Part shown: one piece after another, positions 35,924-44,470 of the stretch
Numbering within the stretch: the first letter of the stretch is position 1
Layout: each line of letters begins with the position of its first letter
DNA from: an uncultured Owenweeksia sp.
GTDB taxonomy: Bacteria > Bacteroidota > Bacteroidia > Flavobacteriales > Schleiferiaceae
Direction of reading: 5' to 3'
Assembly (NCBI GenBank): GCA_964475135.1
Contig: CAYYWL010000003.1
Span: 305-64,304 of the forward strand
Length of the DNA: 64,000 nucleotides
The notes under the pieces: model-generated
Databases searched by the model: none
Told to the model about the DNA's origin: nothing
Seen by the model: the letters and a program-made list of their open reading frames with translations, nothing else
Position numbers and translations under genes: made by a program

Positions 35924-36603
35924 TCCGAATGTCCAAAGGGAATATTATGGTACAACAGCACATTCCACTGCACCGACGTCGCGGTTTGCGTCGTTTGAGC
36001 CATGGCTCCGAATTCCATTCTCATGTACCGTGAAAATGGGTAGCCAATTCCGGCAAAAAAACGATTGCGGTCAAACAAACCATCGGCGCCCGGCTGCACA
36101 AAGAGCTCGTTATATAGCGATAAGTAGGGAACCCGCGTGCCCTGTTCGCCCCGATAAATAGGGGTGTTTAGCTGCACAAAGTAGCGAAGTCGATGGGCCA
36201 GCTGGCTACCCATGAGGCGCTGCTCAACCCGAACACGATGCCGGAGCGTTGCGCGTTGCCATTGCTGCGTACTCATGAACTGCTCAAAGATTCGAAACTC
36301 AAACTGCGGCTCTTGATTTGCCACCTGAGTTGGGATAACTGCTGCACCAAACATCACACTTTGCTGGTCGTTTATCGTTCGCTGAAGGCCAAGCCGAAGC
36401 ATGGTTTGGATTTGTTGGTTGGGCTCAGGATTTATGCGCTGCTGAACGTCAGAAAAAATGGCCCATTTCGGCGCTACCTCATAAGTGCCAAAGTAAATTG
36501 CCCAAAGTCCTAGGGGGTCAGTTTGGGCCGACAGCGGAACGCTAAAAATGAAAAGGGCCGCGACGCGAATCCGCAGACCCCATGCGATTTTTAAAAAGTA
36601 CAC
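35920..36603 (-). CDS. DUF2490-like putative outer-membrane protein
   Basis: A signal peptide (VAALFIFSVPLSAQ) is followed by alternating aromatic beta-strand-like sequence. The DUF name is from recollection. Confidence 0.6.
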   Translation of the reverse strand: MYFLKIAWGLRIRVAALFIFSVPLSAQTDPLGLWAIYFGTYEVAPKWAIFSDVQQRINPEPNQQIQTMLRLGLQRTINDQQSVMFGAAVIPTQVANQEPQFEFRIFEQFMSTQQWQRATLRHRVRVEQRLMGSQLAHRLRYFVQLNTPIYRGEQGTRVPYLSLYNELFVQPGADGLFDRNRFFAGIGYPFSRYMRMEFGAMAQTTQTATSVQWNVLLYHNIPFGHSE

Positions 36604-36630
36604 GTCGAAAAGTTACGCTAAATTGGCATA

Positions 36631-36966
36631 ATGAAAATGTTTGCAACACTCTTAGTGCTCACCCTTGTCCTTGGTCTATCTGTTGCGTGCGGATCCGCCA
36701 AAAGCACATCTGCCATCAATTTGACCGCGGCCCAAGCGAAATTCCCCGGGTACAGCATGGCTGACTTCACTGCGGGTCAAGCACTCTATGCCAACAACTG
36801 CGGACGCTGCCACCCCGCCTACGCGCCAAGCTCACACACTGAAGAGCAGTGGGCGAACTGGGTTCCGAAAATGGTTCCGAAGGCCAACAAAAAAGCCGGA
36901 ACCGTCGCAATCGACGATGCCGGCCAGGACTTGATTCTCAAGTTCTTGTACGCTGCCTCGCACTAA
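36631..36966 (+). CDS. Small lipoprotein with a single CXXCH motif (putative mono-haem c-type cytochrome)
   Basis: A lipobox LGLSVAC and NNCGRCHP are present. 111 aa. Confidence 0.6.
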   Translation: MKMFATLLVLTLVLGLSVACGSAKSTSAINLTAAQAKFPGYSMADFTAGQALYANNCGRCHPAYAPSSHTEEQWANWVPKMVPKANKKAGTVAIDDAGQDLILKFLYAASH

Positions 36967-37349
36967 GCCTTGGGCTCAAGCGCCCCTCGGCGGAACGTGA
37001 CGTAGGACGTCATCAAAATTCCGAGGATTACCAGCGGAAAAAACGTCTGCGTGTCGGGGCCGTCCACCATGTAGTGGCTAAATGTCGCCGCCAACAGTGA
37101 AAACGTGAAGCCGGCGTAGGCCCACTCTTTCAAGCGCGCAGGCGCCATCGGAACGACCAGTACAAGTGCTCCAGCCACTTTCATTATGTTCAAAAACACC
37201 CGAAAGTAGTCGGGGTAGCCAAGGTGGGCCACCCCCGCCTTGGCCATCTCACTGTGGCCGGTGAGCGCAGGCATTACGCCTTCAAAGAGAAAAATGATGC
37301 CGGTGGCAATCCAGTAAAAAAGTCGGGTTTTGTTCATGGTTTGAGCCAT
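36963..37349 (-). CDS. DoxX-family small membrane protein
   Basis: Four predicted TM segments and FLFEGVMPAL are present. An alternative start at 37337 gives an ATGA overlap with the S9 peptidase stop. Confidence 0.7.
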   Translation of the reverse strand: MAQTMNKTRLFYWIATGIIFLFEGVMPALTGHSEMAKAGVAHLGYPDYFRVFLNIMKVAGALVLVVPMAPARLKEWAYAGFTFSLLAATFSHYMVDGPDTQTFFPLVILGILMTSYVTFRRGALEPKA

Positions 37350-39358
37350 TGGTTGAGCCAGTTAAAAAATTCGTGCTGCCACACCAACGCGTTCTGCGGG
37401 TTCAGCACCCAGTGGCCTTCTTCGGGGAAGTACAGAAATCGAGACGGAATTCCGCGCAGCTGAGCCGCTTGGTACGCCTCCATGCCTTGGTTGAGCGGAA
37501 CCCGAAAGTCGTTGCCCCCGTGAATTACAAGCAGCGGAGCCGTCCACTTATCCACGTGGTTTTTGGGGTTGAATTCGCCGTAGGACTTGGGCTGGGGCTT
37601 GTCCCAGTAGGCGCCGCCCAAGTCATGGTTGGCAAAAAACAGCTCCTCGGTGGTACCGTACCAGCTGTCCATGTTGAAGAGTCCGCAGTGCGAAATCAGC
37701 GCTTTGAAGCGGCCCTCATGAATGCCCGCGAGCTGGTAGACGCTGTAGCCGCCGTAGCTGGCGCCCACAGCGCCGAGGCGCGCGGCGTCGACGTAGGGCT
37801 CGGCCGCTACGGCGTCAATTGCCGCGAGGTAGTCCTTCATCGCTTGTCCGCCCCAGTCGCCTGAGATTTGCTCATTCCATTCGCGACCAAAGCCCGGAAC
37901 TCCGCGGCGGTTCGGCGCGACCACGATGTAGCCCTGGGCTGCCATCGCTTGAAAATTCCAGCGGAAGCTGTAGAACGCGCTCACCGTACTCTGCGGTCCG
38001 CCCTGGCAGTACAGCAGTGCAGGGTACTTCTTTGCAGGGTCAAAATTCGGCGGGTACATCACCCACGTGAGCATTTTTTTGCCGTCAGTGGTCGGAATCC
38101 AGCGCTTCTCGACCTTGCCGCGCGCAATCTTGGCATAGTCGGCGTCGTTGACATGGGTGAGCGCGACGGGGGCTTTTCCGCCCAGTTTGTACAGCTCGTT
38201 CGCCTGGTTCTGGTCCATGCGCTCGGCGACGAGCGTCTTGCCCGCGTACGCGAATCCGCCAAAGTCATAGTCGCCCGAAGTCAGTGCCGTCACAGCCACC
38301 TTTGCACCCTTGAGCTCGAGGCGAATCAGCTGGTGCGACGCCTCTTGGATTACATTGAGCACTAAACTTGAGGGGCCCACCCACTTGAGGTCGTTGACGT
38401 ACTCGCCCGCCACGTCGATGCGGCGAGGCTGTGCGCCCTGCGTGCTGAGGTCGAGCAGATAGAGCTGGTTGACGTCCGACTCGAAGCCGTCGGTGGGCAT
38501 TGCTGTGAAAGCCAGCGTTTTCCCGTCGGGTGAAATGCGGGGGTTTCCGTCGTAGCCACTCAAGCCCGGAAGCTCCGTGGTCTTCGACGTAGCCACGTCG
38601 TAGCGGTAGAGTTTTGAATCGGTGTGCAGCGCGAACTCCTTGCCGGTACTCAGCTTGGCTGAATAGACGATGAACGACCCGTCGGGGCTGAGGTCAAAGG
38701 ACTCGGCTCCGCCAAACGGAGGCAGCGGCGCGTGGCCGCGCACACCCTTGAGAATGTCGGTGTACTCTGTAGCGGGATTGGGTGCATCGGGAAAAACATG
38801 CGTGAAGGCAACGTGGTTGTAGTGGTAGTCCGTCCAACTGTCCCAGTGGCGGTACATAAGGTCGTCAAACACGGCGTAGTTGGCCTTTGGAGTCTCGGGG
38901 TGGCGCTCGAGCGGAGTTTGGTCGAGCTTCTCGCGCGTCACAAATGCCACAATCCATTGGCCGTTGGCCAGTTCTCGGAACTTGACGTCACTGGCTCCGC
39001 CCGGAACATCCAAGTGCACCCGGACGTCGCTGCCGTCGAGCGCGCGGGATTTGAGTTTGCCTTGGTGCACGTAGGCGACGCGGGTTCCGCCTTTGACAAA
39101 GGTGGCACTCAGTTCCGACCCGGGGTCCGCAGCAAGGCTGCGCGTTTCGCCGGTAGCTGCATTCACCAAAAAGAGGTCGCGGTTGCCCTTATTGGCCTCG
39201 AGGTCGTAGCGCGTCACACCGTAGGCGACCCATCCGCTCGAAGCAGCATCGTCGAGGCTCACTCGGCCGAGCGACCACAGGAGTTCAGGGGTCATGACGG
39301 CCTGAGCAGAGGCGGCGGCCGAAGCGAGCACGAGCCCGCTAAAGAGTAGTTTCTTCAT
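37334..39358 (-). CDS. S9 family serine peptidase (prolyl oligopeptidase / dipeptidyl aminopeptidase-like)
   Basis: It has a signal peptide, an N-terminal propeller-like region, the nucleophile GASYGGY, HGGNDFRVP (Asp) and EEGHWV (His). Confidence 0.9.
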   Translation of the reverse strand: MKKLLFSGLVLASAAASAQAVMTPELLWSLGRVSLDDAASSGWVAYGVTRYDLEANKGNRDLFLVNAATGETRSLAADPGSELSATFVKGGTRVAYVHQGKLKSRALDGSDVRVHLDVPGGASDVKFRELANGQWIVAFVTREKLDQTPLERHPETPKANYAVFDDLMYRHWDSWTDYHYNHVAFTHVFPDAPNPATEYTDILKGVRGHAPLPPFGGAESFDLSPDGSFIVYSAKLSTGKEFALHTDSKLYRYDVATSKTTELPGLSGYDGNPRISPDGKTLAFTAMPTDGFESDVNQLYLLDLSTQGAQPRRIDVAGEYVNDLKWVGPSSLVLNVIQEASHQLIRLELKGAKVAVTALTSGDYDFGGFAYAGKTLVAERMDQNQANELYKLGGKAPVALTHVNDADYAKIARGKVEKRWIPTTDGKKMLTWVMYPPNFDPAKKYPALLYCQGGPQSTVSAFYSFRWNFQAMAAQGYIVVAPNRRGVPGFGREWNEQISGDWGGQAMKDYLAAIDAVAAEPYVDAARLGAVGASYGGYSVYQLAGIHEGRFKALISHCGLFNMDSWYGTTEELFFANHDLGGAYWDKPQPKSYGEFNPKNHVDKWTAPLLVIHGGNDFRVPLNQGMEAYQAAQLRGIPSRFLYFPEEGHWVLNPQNALVWQHEFFNWLNQWLKP

Positions 39359-39418
39359 GCCGTTAAGGTAGCAATCCCTTTGTGAAGAGCAAGTAGTCCC
39401 TAGATTTGAACCTCAATC

Positions 39419-40681
39419 ATGGAACACACAGCCCTCATCACCAACGAAGCCGTCGTTTTTGGCCTTCTCATGGCCGTTCTCGGCGGAATATTCTGGGCCG
39501 CCAGCGAGCCCCGATTCAAAAAATTCTTCAGCATTGTTCCGGCGCTGCTGCTGTGCTACTTCGTGCCGTCGCTGCTTACCAACACGGGATTGGTGCCAAA
39601 GGACACCAACATTTACTTTATCGCGTCGCGCTACTTGCTTCCGGCTTCCCTCGTCCTGCTCACCATCAGTATCGACCTCAAAGCGGTGATGGGGCTCGGC
39701 CCCAAGGCGCTCATTATGTTTTTTACCGCCACCGGTAGTGTTATTCTCGGCGGCCCTCTGGCGCTGCTTTTTGTCTCTTGGATTTCACCTGAAACCGTGG
39801 GCGGAGCCGGCCCTGAGGCCGTCTGGCGCGGACTCTCCACCATCGCCGGATCCTGGATCGGCGGCGGAGCCAACCAAGCCGCCATGTTCGAGGTCTTCAA
39901 ACCAAACGAGTCCATTTATTCAGCTATGATCACGGTAGACGTTGTGGTTGCCGAAGTGTGGATGGCCATTATCCTTCTTGGTGCTGCGAAGTCCGACCGC
40001 ATCGACCGCTGGCTGCGCGCTGACAATCGAGCGGTCAAGGATCTACAGGATCAAATGGAGGACTTTATTGCTCGCACGTCCAAGATTCCAACCCTGGCTG
40101 ACGCCATGAAAATCCTGGGAATCGCCTTTGGCGCCGTGGCTCTAAGCCACGCTGCTGGAGACTTCCTTGCGCCTTGGTTCACCGAACACGCCCCCTACAC
40201 GGCCAACTTCAGCCTCACCAGCGACTTCTTCTGGATCGTCATCGTCGCAACCACCGTGGGGCTACTCCTTTCGTTTACTCCCGCGCGCAAGCTCGAAGGC
40301 GTCGGTGCCAGCCGCTGGGGTTCGGTTTTCATTTACATACTCGTGGGCAGTATCGGAATGAAAATGGACCTCATGGAAGCTCTTAGCCAGCCCGGCCTCA
40401 TTGGCGTCGGTGCCGTGTGGATGGTGATCCACGTCGCCATTCTAATCGCGGTGGCGCGCCTCATCAAGGCTCCGTTCTTTTTTGTGGCCGTGGGCTCAAA
40501 GGCCAATATTGGCGGAGCCGCCTCAGCCCCCGTCGCCGCCGCCGCCTTTCACCCATCGCTCGCTCCGGTCGGCGTCCTTTTGGCGGTTTTGGGCTATGCC
40601 CTCGGAACCTACGGTGGCTGGCTCACCGGCCTCCTGATGTACGCGGTGTCGGGCGACCCTAGCCCGATTATGCTGCCTTAA
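39419..40681 (+). CDS. DUF819-like polytopic membrane protein (putative transporter)
   Basis: 420 aa and very hydrophobic throughout. The DUF assignment is from recollection. Confidence 0.6.
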   Translation: MEHTALITNEAVVFGLLMAVLGGIFWAASEPRFKKFFSIVPALLLCYFVPSLLTNTGLVPKDTNIYFIASRYLLPASLVLLTISIDLKAVMGLGPKALIMFFTATGSVILGGPLALLFVSWISPETVGGAGPEAVWRGLSTIAGSWIGGGANQAAMFEVFKPNESIYSAMITVDVVVAEVWMAIILLGAAKSDRIDRWLRADNRAVKDLQDQMEDFIARTSKIPTLADAMKILGIAFGAVALSHAAGDFLAPWFTEHAPYTANFSLTSDFFWIVIVATTVGLLLSFTPARKLEGVGASRWGSVFIYILVGSIGMKMDLMEALSQPGLIGVGAVWMVIHVAILIAVARLIKAPFFFVAVGSKANIGGAASAPVAAAAFHPSLAPVGVLLAVLGYALGTYGGWLTGLLMYAVSGDPSPIMLP

Positions 40682-40710
40682 TCTATTGGAATTTTTGTAG
40701 CTTCACCCTT

Positions 40711-41088
40711 GTGAAACAGACTGTTCAACTTCGCCGTAGCTGGCTCCTATTCGCCATTTCAGGCCTAATCCTCGTCGGCCTTGGCCTCTCAATTGTCGGC
40801 GAAGCCATCCTTTTAAAGTCCACGCAACAGGCCTATTTTTTGGTCGGAACCATTGGTCTTGTCGCCTTTAACGCCGGACTTAGCGTCTTTGGTCAAGCCG
40901 TCATCTTTCGCTACCGCTACCTCAAGGCCAGAGGCCGCGAAGAATCTGAGCGCAAGGCCGGACGCAACCGCAATCGTGGGCGCGGACGCGGCCCCAAGCG
41001 CTCTGGATCCGGATCCGCTTCAGGGTCAGGTTCGGGCGACGGAAGCCCACGCCGAAACGGCGGGTTCAAGTCCCGGTTCGAGGAATAG
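40711..41088 (+). CDS. Small membrane protein with an Arg/Gly/Ser-rich tail, hypothetical
   Basis: GTG start, with two to three TM helices and then RKAGRNRNRGRGRGPKRSGSGSASGSGSGDGS. Coding status is uncertain. Confidence 0.45.
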   Translation: MKQTVQLRRSWLLFAISGLILVGLGLSIVGEAILLKSTQQAYFLVGTIGLVAFNAGLSVFGQAVIFRYRYLKARGREESERKAGRNRNRGRGRGPKRSGSGSASGSGSGDGSPRRNGGFKSRFEE

Positions 41089-41145
41089 CCCCTCGAAGGT
41101 CAAGCACGCGCACCCGAGGCGCGACCAACTCCGCCCTTGCGGGTG

Positions 41146-42576
41146 CTACAGAAATTCGTTGAACTGAAATCCGTTCTGAAGGCGATCCTTGCCAAGCTGC
41201 TGCTGTTCGGCAAGCGCCCAAAGTATGAACTCCTTGAGAAAGAGCAAATCGCGGGGTTCAACATTGGGCTGGTGCTCTTGGATTAAGTCGTCCAACGTCT
41301 TAACCTTATTCAAGCACGACGCGTACTCGCGTTGGTCGCACTCGTCGTAAAGCAGCACGCCTCCCTGCTGGTAAATGGCATCTACCGTAGCCGCATACGG
41401 ACTGCTGACCGACTTTTTGGTCAGCTTCTCGATCTTCGGGAACATGCTCGGCCAAAGCGTCTTGATCGCCGCCCCAATTAACTGTTCGGCGACAAATGCG
41501 GCGCCCTCTTGCTCGCCCTCGTACACGAGTTCCACCTTGCCCGTGATCGCCGGAATCACTCCCATGAAGTCAGACAAACGCACGGTGGTCGTTGCCTCGC
41601 CGTTGATCAACGCACGGCGTTCTGCCGTGCTCACAAGGCTCTCGAGCATCGAAATGCTCATTCGCGCGCTCACTCCGCTTTTGTGGTCGACGTACTCGCT
41701 TTCGCGCGCCTCAAAAATGATCTGCTCCAGCAGGTTGTACGCCAAATCCGGCACGTACACCCGGCTCGCCTGCGCTTGGTTGATTCGGGCCTCTTGGGCC
41801 GAAATCTTGCGGGCAACGGCGATCGATTGGGGGTAGTGCGTCAAAATCTGGGCTCCGATGCGGTCCTTGAGCGGCGTGACAATGCTTCCCCGGTTGGTGT
41901 AGTCCTCGGGATTGGCGGTAAACACAAACTGAATATCGAGCGGAAGGCGAATGCTGAATCCGCGAATTTGCACATCCCCTTCCTGCAAAATGTTGAAGAG
42001 GGCCACTTGGTTTCGCGCCTGCAAATCCGGTATCTCGTTCAGCACAAAAATGCAGCGGTTGGCGCGCGGAATCATTCCGAAGTGAATCACCCGATCGTCC
42101 GCGTACGACAGCTTGAGGTTGGCCGCCTTGATGGGGTCAATGTCGCCAATCAAATCCGCCACGGTGACGTCGGGCGTCGCCAACTTCTCTGAGTAGCGCT
42201 GCGATCGGTGCAGCCACGCAATCGGCGTTTGGTCGCCGTGCTCGGCAATCAGGTCAATGGCAAAGCGCGAGATGGGCGCGAGCGGGTCGTCGTTGATTTC
42301 GGAACCTTGGACCACCGGAATGTACTCGTCCAGCAACTCCACCATAAGGCGCGCCAGGCGCGTTTTGGCCTGCCCCCGAAGGCCCAAGAGGTTGATGTTG
42401 TGCCGCGATAAAATGGCGCGCTCGAGCTCGGGAAGCACCGAGTCTTCAAACCCATGGACTCCTTGAAACACGGTGGTTCCGGCCTCCAAGTGCTTGATGA
42501 GGTTGGCGCGCAGCTCATCTTTAATGGATGTGCTTTGGTAGCCTGATGCCTTGAGTGCTCCTAACGTAGTAATCAT
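41146..42576 (-). CDS. ChlI/BchI-like AAA+ ATPase
   Basis: Walker A-like LGLRGQAKT and a Walker B region CIFVLNEIPDL (Asn where Asp is usual) are present. FTANPEDYTNRGSIVTPLKDR is typical of Mg-chelatase-type AAA+ proteins. 476 aa. Confidence 0.75.
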   Translation of the reverse strand: MITTLGALKASGYQSTSIKDELRANLIKHLEAGTTVFQGVHGFEDSVLPELERAILSRHNINLLGLRGQAKTRLARLMVELLDEYIPVVQGSEINDDPLAPISRFAIDLIAEHGDQTPIAWLHRSQRYSEKLATPDVTVADLIGDIDPIKAANLKLSYADDRVIHFGMIPRANRCIFVLNEIPDLQARNQVALFNILQEGDVQIRGFSIRLPLDIQFVFTANPEDYTNRGSIVTPLKDRIGAQILTHYPQSIAVARKISAQEARINQAQASRVYVPDLAYNLLEQIIFEARESEYVDHKSGVSARMSISMLESLVSTAERRALINGEATTTVRLSDFMGVIPAITGKVELVYEGEQEGAAFVAEQLIGAAIKTLWPSMFPKIEKLTKKSVSSPYAATVDAIYQQGGVLLYDECDQREYASCLNKVKTLDDLIQEHQPNVEPRDLLFLKEFILWALAEQQQLGKDRLQNGFQFNEFL

Positions 42577-42577
42577 T

Positions 42578-43699
42578 CTATTTGAGTCGTTTCTTTCTGT
42601 TGGTTTCGTAGTCCCTAAAAATCATCTCACCAAGGCCTTTGAGACCTGTGTAAAATGCCTTGCCTTGGTTGGCCTCGGTAAATGTGTCCACAAACTGCTG
42701 CAGGTAGGGGTCCCGCGCAATCATAAAGGTGGTAATCGGAATGTGCAGCTTGCGCGCCTGGGCCGCCTGGACGTAGCAGCGCTCGGTTACGTAAGGATCC
42801 AGGCCGTTGCTGTTCATGTAGTAGGTTCCGTCGCGCTCTTTGATGCAGCTCGGCTTGCCGTCGGTGATCATAAAGATCTGCTTGTTGCTGTTTCGCTTGC
42901 GCCGCAGAATATCCATGGCGAGCTGCAATCCCGCCACGGTATTCGTGTGAAACGGTCCCACCTTTAAGTACGGAATCTCTTTGATCGAAATCCGCCACGC
43001 ATCGTTTCCGAACACAATGATATCGATGCTGTCTTTGGGGTAGCGCGTCGTAATGAGCTCGGCTAGCGCCATCGCGACTTTCTTGGCCGGAGTAATTCGG
43101 TCCTCTCCGTACAAAATCATCGAATGGCTAATATCGATCATCAGCACCGTGCTCATCTGTGAGTTGAACTGGCTGTCCTCGACCACGAGGTCCTCTTCGG
43201 TGAGTTCAAAATCACCGATTCCGTGGTTGACCTGCGCATTTTTGATGCTCTCGGTGAGCGAAATCTTTTCGAGGCCGTCGCCGTACATGTAGGGGCGCAT
43301 TTCGCCCGTCTTCTCGTCGCCGTCACCTGACTTTTTGGTTTTGTGGTTTCCGGATCCGCTCTTGTTGAGGTTGCCAAAAATCTGATCCAAGGCCGTCTGG
43401 CGGATGAGGCGCTCGGTCTTTGCCGTGATGCCCATGCCCGGAACCCCATCCCCATCGACCTCTGGGCGAATGTAGCCCCGCTCCCTCAAATCGTTGATGA
43501 AGTCGTCGATCGTGTAGTTGTCGTCCGTGAGCTCGTACTCCTTGTCAAGCTCGCGCAGCCACGTGATGGCCTCGTCAAAATCGCCCGAAACATAGACAAT
43601 GAGCTCTTTGAAGATGTCGAACAGTTTGTCAAAGGGCGAAACGCTCTTGGGCTCAAACTGTGTAAAGAAGAATCCCTTGTCGCTAGCTACTCGTTCCAC
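42578..43699 (-). CDS. von Willebrand factor A (VWA) domain protein (CoxE/ChlD-like)
   Basis: MIDAS motif MIDISHS (DxSxS) and a downstream MITDGKPS are present. The stop lies 1 nt before the AAA+ start. Confidence 0.8.
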   Translation of the reverse strand: MERVASDKGFFFTQFEPKSVSPFDKLFDIFKELIVYVSGDFDEAITWLRELDKEYELTDDNYTIDDFINDLRERGYIRPEVDGDGVPGMGITAKTERLIRQTALDQIFGNLNKSGSGNHKTKKSGDGDEKTGEMRPYMYGDGLEKISLTESIKNAQVNHGIGDFELTEEDLVVEDSQFNSQMSTVLMIDISHSMILYGEDRITPAKKVAMALAELITTRYPKDSIDIIVFGNDAWRISIKEIPYLKVGPFHTNTVAGLQLAMDILRRKRNSNKQIFMITDGKPSCIKERDGTYYMNSNGLDPYVTERCYVQAAQARKLHIPITTFMIARDPYLQQFVDTFTEANQGKAFYTGLKGLGEMIFRDYETNRKKRLK

Positions 43700-43775
43700 C
43701 TTGGTTAAACTCTAACTGTGCCCGATTTGTTCCCCTAGGCTTGAACTCTGTTCTGATCCCTAAGTCCACAAAAAA

Positions 43776-44198
43776 CTAGTTGCGGTGCAAAATACCACGT
43801 GCCCAGCTCGAACAGGGAATTCCGCATTTAGTGAAGCTGTTCCACGTCAAGCTGTCGTGCCCGAACACTATGCCGAGCTCGGCGTAGCTGCTTCCTCCGC
43901 CCGTTTGGCGAAAAAAGATCCCGCTCGCCGGAACCTTGAGCACGCCAAAATCTGCCGTCACGGTATCGCGAAACCCCGTCAGCGCTAATGAGCTATCCCC
44001 GTTGAGCGCCACTTCAATCGTCCACCGCTGGATGTAGGTCGTGTCGAACATGGTCCAATTTCCGCCCACGGTCGAGGGGTACTGCGTGCCCAGTTCTACG
44101 TCCCCTTGGTAGGTTCCGACCCAAGCATTGCGGTAGTCGGTTTGGCGGTCGCAGCCGACCAAGGCGAGGGCGAGGGCAACCCATACGAGGCGGTTCAT
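43776..44198 (-). CDS. Small lipoprotein, hypothetical
   Basis: The ATG at 44198 gives MNRLVWVALALALVGC (lipobox). Confidence 0.6.
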   Translation of the reverse strand: MNRLVWVALALALVGCDRQTDYRNAWVGTYQGDVELGTQYPSTVGGNWTMFDTTYIQRWTIEVALNGDSSLALTGFRDTVTADFGVLKVPASGIFFRQTGGGSSYAELGIVFGHDSLTWNSFTKCGIPCSSWARGILHRN

Positions 44199-44235
44199 AG
44201 CTTGAAGGTACACCTGAGTGAAGTCAAAAAGCCGT

Positions 44236-44263
44236 GCTGGGGGCTCCGCCCCCAGCTTTTTTT
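44236..44263. terminator. Intrinsic terminator hairpin (T-runs on both strands)
   Basis: The stem GCTGGGGG/CCCCCAGC is followed by TTTTTTT. Confidence 0.75.
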
Positions 44264-44303
44264 ATTGGCCACCTCATCAAAAAGTGCTTCATTTGGCGGG
44301 CCA

Positions 44304-44334
44304 TAAAAAAGCCGCGTAGTATTCTACGCGGCTT
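44304..44334 (-). terminator. Intrinsic terminator immediately downstream of tRNA-Gln
   Basis: On the minus strand the stem AAGCCGCGTAG/CTACGCGGCTT has a 4-nt loop followed by TTTTT. Confidence 0.85.
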
Positions 44335-44345
44335 AGGTCTCTTGT

Positions 44346-44416
44346 TGCCCCACTAGGACTCGAACCTAGACTGACGGAACCAAAATCCGCTGTCCTGCCA
44401 ATTAGACGATGGGGCA
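44346..44416 (-). tRNA. tRNA-Gln (anticodon UUG); CCA not encoded
   Basis: The minus strand reads TGCCCCATCGTCTAATTGGCAGGACAGCGGATTTTGGTTCCGTCAGTCTAGGTTCGAGTCCTAGTGGGGCAA. It folds by hand as a cloverleaf: acceptor TGCCCCA/TGGGGCA, anticodon stem GCGGA/TCCGT with loop TTTTGGT, and T arm CTAGG-TTCGAGT-CCTAG. Confidence 0.9.
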
Positions 44417-44470
44417 TCGTTAAAGGGACGGCAAATGTAGCGCGAGAAGGGCAATTGCCCAAATACCCTC

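Noticed and set aside
41089-41145. Possible terminator between the convergent genes at 41088/41146
   Set aside because: Only short GC-rich partial complementarities (GCGC-type) occur there, with no adjoining T-run. I could not draw a convincing hairpin.
44346-44416. tRNA-Gln lacks an encoded 3' CCA (the sequence continues CAA)
   Set aside because: This is normal for many bacterial tRNA genes, where CCA is added post-transcriptionally. The cloverleaf is otherwise canonical.
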